Assembly (NCBI GenBank): GCA_016432445.1
Contig: CP066689.1
Coordinates: forward strand, 300,001-332,000
DNA: 32,000 nt
DNA from: Candidatus Saccharimonadota bacterium
GTDB taxonomy: Bacteria > Patescibacteriota > Microgenomatia > UBA1406 > GWC2-37-13
Reading direction: 5' to 3'
Positions 1-5,821 of the stretch are shown here, in pieces (the first letter of the stretch is position 1; every line of letters begins with the position of its first letter). The notes under the pieces are model-generated. The model searched no databases and was not told where the DNA came from. It was given only the letters and a program-made list of their open reading frames with translations. The translations under genes and the position numbers were made by a program.

Positions 1-110
1 GTCATGGTACGTGTGGTTTAAGAGTGTCAAACACGGTATTAAAAGATAACATCATAATGGCAATTAAAGTAATTGCCGATTTTTATGGAGAAAAAGTTGA
101 GGAAGTTTGA
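1..110 (+). CDS. 3' end of an unidentified protein-coding gene entering from upstream of the window
   Basis: Frame starting at nt 3 is open from the window edge to TGA at 108-110 (..HGTCGLRVSNTVLKDNIIMAIKVIADFYGEKVEEV*). It is absent from the ORF track because no start codon lies in the window. Family not recognised. Confidence 0.35.
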   Translation, partial: HGTCGLRVSNTVLKDNIIMAIKVIADFYGEKVEEV

Positions 111-128
111 TATACTTTAACGTTATGA

Positions 129-200
129 GGATCTGTAGTTAAACGGTTATAACGGGACTCTTATAAAGTCCAGTAGAAGGTTCGACTCCTTCCTGATCCA
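129..200 (+). tRNA. tRNA-Ile, anticodon UAU
   Basis: Hand-folded cloverleaf. Acceptor GGATCTG/CTGATCC (one U6-U67 mismatch); D arm GTTA-AACGGTTA-TAAC; anticodon arm GGACT-CTTATAA-AGTCC (C32 U33 UAU A37 A38); T arm GAAGG-TTCGACT-CCTTC; discriminator A; no encoded CCA. Confidence 0.75.
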
Positions 201-284
201 CATATGCAAAGGTAGGCAAGCCCTCCGAATCGGAGGGCCAGATACGTGTTCACTTGATGAGAACTTTTAAGTAATAATTTATAA

Positions 285-357
285 GCTGAGGTAGCCAAGG
301 TGGTCACGGCGGAGGTCTGAAAAACCCCAGATGTCAGTTCGACTCTGACCCTCAGCA
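285..357 (+). tRNA. tRNA-Phe, anticodon GAA
   Basis: Acceptor GCTGAGG/CCTCAGC perfect. Anticodon arm GAGGT-CTGAAAA-ACCCC (one A-C mismatch); T arm GTCAG-TTCGACT-CTGAC; discriminator A. The D arm GCC-AAGGTGGTCAC-GGC is unusual for Phe. Confidence 0.75.
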
Positions 358-395
358 CCCTTCATCTCGATTACATCGAGATTCAGGGTAAACTA

Positions 396-641
396 ATGAT
401 ATATCTATACATTATTAAATGTAAGGATGGATCATTCTATACAGGTATTACATCTGATCTTGAACGAAGGATAAAAGAACATAACAGCAGAATGAAAAGT
501 TGTTTACAAAAAAGTAAAGTTCCTGTTGAACTTGTATATTTTGAGAAGTATTCTACAAGAATAGAAGCGGCTCGGCGAGAAAAGGAAATAAAGGGCTGGA
601 GTAGAATAAAAAAAAGAAAATTAATAAATAGTTTACACTGA
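396..641 (+). CDS. GIY-YIG (URI-domain, COG2827-like) small nuclease
   Basis: 81 aa. Motifs IYLYIIKC..GSFYTGIT (GIY/YIG), RRIKEHN (Arg) and REKEIKGW (Glu). Lies between tRNA-Phe and tRNA-Gly on the same strand. Confidence 0.85.
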   Translation: MIYLYIIKCKDGSFYTGITSDLERRIKEHNSRMKSCLQKSKVPVELVYFEKYSTRIEAARREKEIKGWSRIKKRKLINSLH

Positions 642-674
642 GGAGCACATTTATCCTTTTCAGTGCTACGAAGT

Positions 675-746
675 GCGGTGGTAGTTCAGCGGTAGAATGT
701 CTCCTTGCCAAGGAGAAGGTCAGGGGTTCAAATCCCCTCCACCGCT
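675..746 (+). tRNA. tRNA-Gly, anticodon GCC
   Basis: Acceptor GCGGTGG/CCACCGC; D arm GTTC-AGCGGTA-GAAT; anticodon arm TCTCC-TTGCCAA-GGAGA; T arm AGGGG-TTCAAAT-CCCCT; discriminator U; no encoded CCA. Confidence 0.9.
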
Positions 747-750
747 CTTA

Positions 751-894
751 CAGTTCAGCGGTAGAATGCCCCGCCAAAGGCGGGAAGGTCGCCGGTTTCC
801 CGCTTCACTTATGTTTTGCGGGACTAACTGTCCGTAATACACCCGCTTCGCGGATCGTAAACGGACAGTTGAGCAAATCCCCTATGCCGCTCCA
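751..894 (+). ncRNA. tRNA-Gly-derived tRNA-like element or pseudo-tRNA with a 76-nt structured insertion
   Basis: 752-768 is identical to the Gly D-arm region 683-699. AGGTC at 786-790 and CAAATCCCCT at 874-883 are identical to the Gly variable region and T-loop/T-stem. The element ends ATGCCGC-T-CCA. A GC-rich insert (798-873) forms two hairpins. No canonical cloverleaf is possible. Confidence 0.35.
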
Positions 895-914
895 ATTGAC
901 TTTATATACAGAAA

Positions 915-1223
915 ATGACAATACGTTTTCTATATTCTACATTAAGTATAATATTAATTATGAGAGGAGCTTTATTAGCTATTTTTATAGCGTTAGTTCT
1001 AACAGCATTTTCTTACTTTGTTAATAATAACGGTACATGTTGTGATCAGATATTTCAAGCAGGATGGCCTTTTCCATTTTACGGAGGTAGTGGAGGTTTC
1101 ATGGGAATACAAGAAGATAAGTTGATTGTGAGTGGTCTTGTGTTAGATGTTATCTTCTGGTTTGTAATATCTATAATCCTAATATTAGCGTTAACATATA
1201 AGAAAAATAAAACGCCAGCTTGA
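915..1223 (+). CDS. small integral membrane protein, unknown function
   Basis: 102-aa ORF with two hydrophobic segments flanking a GGSGGF-containing loop. The start may be the internal Met at MRGALLAIF. No family recognised. Confidence 0.5.
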   Translation: MTIRFLYSTLSIILIMRGALLAIFIALVLTAFSYFVNNNGTCCDQIFQAGWPFPFYGGSGGFMGIQEDKLIVSGLVLDVIFWFVISIILILALTYKKNKTPA

Positions 1224-1248
1224 CAGTGTTTTCTTAAATTGATAGAAT
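1220..1248 (+). promoter_or_regulatory. sigma70-type promoter for the 1259 gene (near-leaderless)
   Basis: TTGACA (1220-1225), 17-nt spacer, TAGAAT (1243-1248). The ATG at 1259 is only 10 nt after the -10 and there is no Shine-Dalgarno sequence. Confidence 0.55.
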
Positions 1249-1258
1249 CCTTAAATTC

Positions 1259-1981
1259 ATGTCAGCTGAAGCAAGAAGAGTTTTAATCAGTACCGATATC
1301 GATGGAATTCAGGAACATGCTCCTTTTCCTTTTGGGACATTCAAAGATGCTATTTTAAAAGGGCAAATTAAAATCCCAGGTTCAGACAGCGAACGTGTGC
1401 CGTCTTCTAACCCAACAGGATTAATAGGTATAGCTTTGATGGGATTTAAAACTTTATTCCATGAAATTAGACCAGATGATAAAAGAGGGAATGAAGGATT
1501 AATTAATACCTGCACTTTATTTCAAGAAAGAGGAGCAGAAACAAAAGTAGTGGCATTATCTGGAAGAGAATCGTTTATTCATGAGATGACTATTCGTAAA
1601 CTTAAAAAATCTAGAATAGGTGGATTGGTTTCAGAATTTCATTTAAGTGATGAGAAGAGTTCTTCAAAATTCAAAGTAAGAAGGTTTAAAAAATTTATGA
1701 AAGAAGATCAGGAACAGATCCTTATCCATTTTGAGGATGATCCGAAGGCTGCCGAGGCTATTGCCCGATTGGGAATTGAGGAGGCTCAAAGAACAGGTCA
1801 ATCCAATAGAGTTTGGGTAGTGATGAAAGAAACTTTGTCTTCAAGCGTGTGGGTTCTTAAGCGGGGAAAACTTGAACTTTCCCCAAATGTTATTAGAAAA
1901 CGTGATTTACGAAAAGTACCGGAAGAATTTAAACAAATTATTGCCAGCGGACAAATGCAACTGTTAAAAGCAGCCGTTTAA
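1259..1981 (+). CDS. hypothetical protein, possibly HAD-like phosphatase/nucleotidase
   Basis: 240-aa ORF. N-terminal LISTDIDGI resembles HAD motif I (DxDG), VVALSGRES resembles motif II and HFEDDPKA resembles motif IV. The assignment is weak. Confidence 0.45.
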   Translation: MSAEARRVLISTDIDGIQEHAPFPFGTFKDAILKGQIKIPGSDSERVPSSNPTGLIGIALMGFKTLFHEIRPDDKRGNEGLINTCTLFQERGAETKVVALSGRESFIHEMTIRKLKKSRIGGLVSEFHLSDEKSSSKFKVRRFKKFMKEDQEQILIHFEDDPKAAEAIARLGIEEAQRTGQSNRVWVVMKETLSSSVWVLKRGKLELSPNVIRKRDLRKVPEEFKQIIASGQMQLLKAAV

Positions 1982-2415
1982 TTTTTACTTTTAAATTGTT
2001 TAAGAATCTTTTTGAATGCTTCCTGGTCGGCTTTAAAGGTAAGAGTTTTTTTGACTTCCTCTTCAGTTAAAAATAAAGCTTCGGAGACTTCCCAATCATG
2101 ATCAGCAGGATCACCTGATATATATTCCATTAAGAAGTAATTGACGGTTTTATCAACTAATGTATCTTGAAAGCGGTACTTGTATTTTGTTTCTACTGGT
2201 TGAGGATTGACTATTTTAGCTTTGATTCCGCCTTCCTCTCCAACTTCCCTTAGAGCGGCTTCTTCCATAGGTTCATTTTGTTTTGTATCGCCGATCAAGC
2301 CTTTGGGGAAGCTCCAGCCCTTGTTTTGTGAATGTTGAGTAATAAGCCAAAGGATTTTTCCGTTTTCTTTTTTGTAGACAATTCCGCCGGCTGATGTTTC
2401 AGTTTTGTACTTCAT
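1978..2415 (-). CDS. Nudix hydrolase
   Basis: Nudix box GLIGDTKQNEPMEEAALREVGEEGGI. Likely start is the ATG at 2413-2415 (MKYKTE..), because the ORF-track N-terminus (to 2454) is encoded by a repeat element. Its 4-nt tail overlaps the 1259..1981 gene. Confidence 0.85.
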   Translation of the reverse strand: MKYKTETSAGGIVYKKENGKILWLITQHSQNKGWSFPKGLIGDTKQNEPMEEAALREVGEEGGIKAKIVNPQPVETKYKYRFQDTLVDKTVNYFLMEYISGDPADHDWEVSEALFLTEEEVKKTLTFKADQEAFKKILKQFKSKN

Positions 2416-2426
2416 AATTAAAAATA

Positions 2427-2455
2427 GATTCCTCAACTTCGCTCGGAATGACAAA
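2427..2455 (-). repeat. GAGCGAAG-core dispersed repeat (inverted copy)
   Basis: The reverse complement reads TTTGTCATTCCGAGCGAAGTTGAGGAATC. An ATTCC/GGAAT stem encloses a GAGCGAAGTTGA loop. Related to the copies at 16838, 17852, 19313, 21005 and 28018. Confidence 0.5.
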
Positions 2456-2463
2456 GGGGAGGA

Positions 2464-3021
2464 TTATTCTTTACAACAGTCTAAAATTTTTCCAATGGTG
2501 CCGCTGATTTTTCCAAAAAAATTATTTTTTCCGTAATCGATAACGTTGTCAGCGGATGTTTCATTATTTGTAAGGAACGGTTTCAAACCGTTCCCTACAG
2601 TTTTAATTTCGGATTTCTCAACCATTCCTAAATTTAATCCCCAAAATAGATTATAAAGATCATAAGATTTCTTAAATAATTCTTCTGCTTTTTTATTATC
2701 TCCTTTGGTTTGAGCTTTAGTGGCAACCTCCATGAGTCTCATTGAGGCGGCCAGTAAATGTTTGCTTATGCACCAGACTTCGCCTTCATAATCTTTGATA
2801 AGCATTTTAAGAAGATTTTTTCGCATTTCCCTTATCTGGTGTAATAGATCAAAATACTTAGTTTTTCCGGTTTTTCCGCCTGAAAAAAATAAATGTTCTT
2901 CAATAGAAATTAAATTCATGACGGCAATGGAAAGATCCTCATCTGAAGATAAATCCAGTTTTTCTCCCTTTTCCAAAGATTTTATTTTTTCTATAAATTG
3001 CTGAACTTTATTATCTTTCAT
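2464..3021 (-). CDS. hypothetical protein (helical, C-terminal CC motif)
   Basis: ORF 2464..3042. Probable ATG start at 3019-3021 (MKDNKVQQF..). No family recognised. Confidence 0.55.
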   Translation of the reverse strand: MKDNKVQQFIEKIKSLEKGEKLDLSSDEDLSIAVMNLISIEEHLFFSGGKTGKTKYFDLLHQIREMRKNLLKMLIKDYEGEVWCISKHLLAASMRLMEVATKAQTKGDNKKAEELFKKSYDLYNLFWGLNLGMVEKSEIKTVGNGLKPFLTNNETSADNVIDYGKNNFFGKISGTIGKILDCCKE

Positions 3022-3032
3022 ATGCAAATTTT

Positions 3033-3060
3033 GTACGGACAACCCTAGGGCTGTCCCTAC
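3033..3060. repeat. GTAGGGAC-family palindromic element (imperfect)
   Basis: GTACGGACAACCCT/AGGGCTGTCCCTAC is a 28-nt palindrome with 2 mismatches. It lies in the spacer between two minus-strand genes and overlaps the TAG stop at 3057-3059. Confidence 0.6.
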
Positions 3061-3560
3061 TTAATTTTTAAAAGAAAACTAAAAAGAACAGTGGTGACGA
3101 CTAACATTAAAACAGGAATAATTACTTTTTGATAAAAGAAAACAACTTTACCGCCATTTTTATAGCGTAAAAATTTATCAATAAATATGGCCAAAAAAAA
3201 TATAAACATACCGAGAGACATACCTAAAAGGATTTTATCAATATTCCAAAATGTGTTACCGGCATGTCCGATTTGTTTACTATAAATTAAATAACCGACA
3301 GTTAAACCATAAAGGATTAAAGAGGTGATTACAGGGTTACGGAAAATAAACCGTTTGGTACGGGAAGCAATCCAGAAACCTAAAGTAGTGTTTAGTCCTG
3401 AGATCCAGATAGAAACGAGTAAATCATCAATCCCTAATTTTTTAGCGATAAATAAACCTCCGCCGACAGTAACTATACATACAGGACAAGTAGCATAAGC
3501 AGATTTTACAAACATATCAGATACATTATACAAGATAAAAATATTATTAAATAAACGCAT
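3057..3560 (-). CDS. integral membrane protein with N-terminal CPVC motif
   Basis: 167-aa ORF with about 4-5 hydrophobic helices and ATCPVCIV at the start of the first helix. The start may be the internal Met (MFVKSAY..). Confidence 0.6.
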   Translation of the reverse strand: MRLFNNIFILYNVSDMFVKSAYATCPVCIVTVGGGLFIAKKLGIDDLLVSIWISGLNTTLGFWIASRTKRFIFRNPVITSLILYGLTVGYLIYSKQIGHAGNTFWNIDKILLGMSLGMFIFFLAIFIDKFLRYKNGGKVVFFYQKVIIPVLMLVVTTVLFSFLLKIK

Positions 3561-3786
3561 TTTTTTTCATAAATATTCTTCCGGATGATGATTTGAGATA
3601 TTTTTCAAAGTTATAGGCAGTTTGTTCATTAAGAAAAGCAAAATAGGCGAGAAGTTTTAAAGGCATTTGATTTTTAGTTTCCCTTACAAAACCAAGAAAA
3701 TGTTTTTTGATTGTATATCTTAAATCATCAGTACAGCCAATAAACGTCTGATTATCTTTCGCGGTTAGTATGTAAACATAGAACAT
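3547..3786 (-). CDS. GIY-YIG small nuclease (divergent)
   Basis: 79 aa. Motifs MFYVYILTA..QTFIGCT, DLRYTIKKH and NFEKYLK. Located 70 nt downstream of tRNA-Ser on the same strand. Confidence 0.7.
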   Translation of the reverse strand: MFYVYILTAKDNQTFIGCTDDLRYTIKKHFLGFVRETKNQMPLKLLAYFAFLNEQTAYNFEKYLKSSSGRIFMKKNAFI

Positions 3787-3856
3787 TAAACTAGATTAGT
3801 AGCTTTTTGGAAAGAAGTCAGTAGACTATAAGCGAAATTGTTGAGTAAATTTTGTG

Positions 3857-3940
3857 CGGAGGGTACAGGATTCGAACCTGTGAGGGCTTTCGCCCACAAG
3901 TTTTCAAGACTTGCGCCATAGGCCGCTCGGCCAACCCTCC
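3857..3940 (-). tRNA. tRNA-Ser, anticodon UGA
   Basis: Minus-strand read: GGAGGGT..ACCCTCC acceptor; anticodon arm CAAGT-CTTGAAA-ACTTG; long variable arm TGGGCGAAAGCCCTCAC; T arm ACAGG-TTCGAAT-CCTGT; discriminator G. Confidence 0.9.
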
Positions 3941-4065
3941 TAGTTAATTTTTCCTCCTTAACTTACTTCAACACTTAACTCATCGCTATCCGCTCGTCGT
4001 GTTGAAGAGCGTTTATCGGAGGACATAAGAACCTGTAATCCTCGTTCCTCGGAAACAGGTTCTAA
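3941..4065 (-). other. structured inter-tRNA spacer (candidate processed RNA)
   Basis: Nested helices TCCTCC (3952-3957)/GGAGGA (4018-4023) and CTTCAACAC (3966-3974)/GTGTTGAAG (3999-4007). A separate 9-bp hairpin pairs 4028-4036 with 4055-4063. Confidence 0.3.
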
Positions 4066-4141
4066 TGGAGGCGCGTGCCAGAATCGAACTGGCGCAATAG
4101 TTGTTTTGCAGACAACTGCGTTACCACTTCGCCAACGCGCC
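4066..4141 (-). tRNA. tRNA-Cys, anticodon GCA
   Basis: Minus-strand read: GGCGCGT..ACGCGCC acceptor; anticodon arm GTTGT-CTGCAAA-ACAAC; T arm GCCAG-TTCGATT-CTGGC; discriminator U; CCA is encoded. Confidence 0.88.
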
Positions 4142-4148
4142 TATTTCA

Positions 4149-4197
4149 GATCTTAGATCTTGGATATTAGATCTTCGATATATAACTTATGATCTAT
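4149..4197. repeat. tandem degenerate heptamer array (GATCTTN x7)
   Basis: GATCTTA GATCTTG GATATTA GATCTTC GATATAT AACTTAT GATCTAT. Contains three AGATCT hexamers and four GATC sites. Lies in the divergent region between tRNA-Cys and the ykuK-like gene. Confidence 0.7.
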
Positions 4198-4233
4198 ATT
4201 TTACCTTATTTAAGGCTCAAATGGTAACAAAAA

Positions 4234-4725
4234 GTGGTAAAATATAGTAATAATATGTATCAAAGCCCGACACATGGCAAAGTGACGCTTGAACAATTGG
4301 AAAAGATTATCTCCGAATATATGGCCAAAGACAAAAAAGCTAAGTATCAGGTGATCGTGGGAAGCGATTCCCAGAAAACCAAGTCAGGGGCCTATGATTT
4401 TGTGACGGCGCTGATAGTCCACCGGATAGGAAATGGTGGCATATATTTTTGGAAAAGAGATGTAATTGATAAAAAAATGGGTTTAAAAGAAAGAATTTAT
4501 CTTGAGGCTACTAATTCCCTTCAAGCCTCCGAAAACTTCGTCTCTTTTTTTAAACTTAACGGTATTTCAAAATACGATATCCAAATTCATGTAGATATTG
4601 GCCACAACGGCCAAACAAGAGAGATGATTAATGAAGTAGTCGGCATGATCAGAGGTAGCGGTTATGATATCAAAATTAAGCCTGATTCATTTGGTGCTTC
4701 AAAAGTTGCGGATAAATATACTTAA
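4234..4725 (+). CDS. YkuK-like RNase H-fold protein (DUF458 family)
   Basis: 163 aa. It matches my memory of B. subtilis YkuK along its length (..YQSPTHGKVTLEQL.., VIVGSDSQ, KIKPDSFGASKVADKYT). GTG start. Confidence 0.8.
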   Translation: MVKYSNNMYQSPTHGKVTLEQLEKIISEYMAKDKKAKYQVIVGSDSQKTKSGAYDFVTALIVHRIGNGGIYFWKRDVIDKKMGLKERIYLEATNSLQASENFVSFFKLNGISKYDIQIHVDIGHNGQTREMINEVVGMIRGSGYDIKIKPDSFGASKVADKYT

Positions 4726-5792
4726 TCTAGGAATTCTTTGATATTTCCTTCATTAATGACAAATTTTGTTCCCTGGCCACTTACCATTTTGTATGCGGCT
4801 TTTCTGACTATTCCTTCAATTGTTCTTTCTAAAGTCCTAATACCGGCATCAAAGCCTAATGGTCTTGCGATTTTAGTCCACACGGTATCGTCAATGACGA
4901 TATTTTCTGCAGTTAATCCGGAATCTTTCAGATATTTTGGCAGGACATAAGTTTTGGCAATGGCGATTTTCTCATCATCTGAGTAAGAAGGCATCTGAAT
5001 TACCTCAAGCCTATCCATGACAGCGGTTGAAATAGTGTTAGTATTGTTAGCAGTGGCGATAAATAAAACTTCTGATAGATCAAAAGGAAAATCAATAAAA
5101 TAATCGTTGAAATTTTGATTTTGACCTGGATCTAAAAGTTCAATAAGAACTCCCATAATAGCTGATTTTGACTCAGGAGTTATCCTGTCAAGTTCATCCA
5201 GAAGAATGACGGGATTTTTAGTCCCGGCTCGCCTTAAAGCTCTAATAATCATGCCAGGTTCAGCTTCTGGTGAGGTTTTAGATTGTCCGCGAAGGTCAAG
5301 GGCTGATGAGAGTCCGCCAAAAGGAATGCGGACAAACTTCCGCCCTAAACTTTCAGCAACAGACATGGCAAAGGTTGTTTTTCCAGTACCGGCTAAACCG
5401 ATAAAAAATAATGAGGGGGCATGAAAAACGTTGGTTTGCAGTCTTTGTTTCTGGACAATTAAAACTGAAAGATATTCAAGCACTCTGGTTTTAATTTTTT
5501 CAAGACCAAAATGGTTTTTATCAAGTATCTGTTTGGTATTGGTAATATTTAGATTATCCTGAGTTTTTGCAGTCCAAGGAAGATTAACAATCCAGTCAAT
5601 ATATTTTTCAGTAATATCAAGCTGCGATAAATTGCCTCCGTATTTAAAGGCCAAGGTAATCCGTTCAATTTGTTGAGTAGCTTTCTCCATTAGGTTAGCA
5701 GGCAGTTGCGCTTGGTGTAAACGGGCGCGTATTTTTTCTATTTCAGACAAGCTATTTTGATTGTCCATTTGATTAGCAGATAACTCATCCAC
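4722..5792 (-). CDS. Lon-like AAA+ ATPase module without N-terminal or protease domains
   Basis: 356 aa. HFGLEKIKTRVLEYLSV, Walker A GLAGTGKT, Walker B ILLDELD and LGRKFVRIPFGGLSSALDLRG all parallel the Lon AAA+ module. The ORF ends where the S16 protease domain would begin. Start is either GTG at 5792 or ATG at 5768. Confidence 0.8.
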   Translation of the reverse strand: MDELSANQMDNQNSLSEIEKIRARLHQAQLPANLMEKATQQIERITLAFKYGGNLSQLDITEKYIDWIVNLPWTAKTQDNLNITNTKQILDKNHFGLEKIKTRVLEYLSVLIVQKQRLQTNVFHAPSLFFIGLAGTGKTTFAMSVAESLGRKFVRIPFGGLSSALDLRGQSKTSPEAEPGMIIRALRRAGTKNPVILLDELDRITPESKSAIMGVLIELLDPGQNQNFNDYFIDFPFDLSEVLFIATANNTNTISTAVMDRLEVIQMPSYSDDEKIAIAKTYVLPKYLKDSGLTAENIVIDDTVWTKIARPLGFDAGIRTLERTIEGIVRKAAYKMVSGQGTKFVINEGNIKEFLD

Positions 5793-5821
5793 TTGACAAA
5801 AGTCAAGTTTTTTAATATGAT
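5793..5821 (+). promoter_or_regulatory. sigma70-type promoter of groES-groEL with an overlapping palindrome
   Basis: TTGACA (5793-5798), 17-nt spacer, TATGAT (5816-5821). The palindrome CTTGAC-AAAA-GTCAAG (5792-5807) covers the -35. A tandem TTCCTGTT x2 sits at 5823-5838. Confidence 0.6.

Noticed and set aside
256-272. Hammerhead-ribozyme-like CTTGATGAG in the tRNA-Ile/tRNA-Phe spacer
   Set aside because: It differs from the CUGAUGA core. No matching GAAA element or three-stem junction could be drawn nearby.
161-358. 65-aa minus-strand ORF from the ORF track
   Set aside because: It runs antisense across tRNA-Ile, the spacer hairpin and tRNA-Phe. The open frame is explained by the GC-rich, stop-poor tRNA sequence.
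1-4141. tRNA-targeted integrative element or prophage at the tRNA clusters
   Set aside because: There is no integrase, recombinase or phage gene, and no direct repeat of a tRNA 3' end. The partial tRNA-Gly copy at 751-894 duplicates internal tRNA segments rather than an att-like 3' end.
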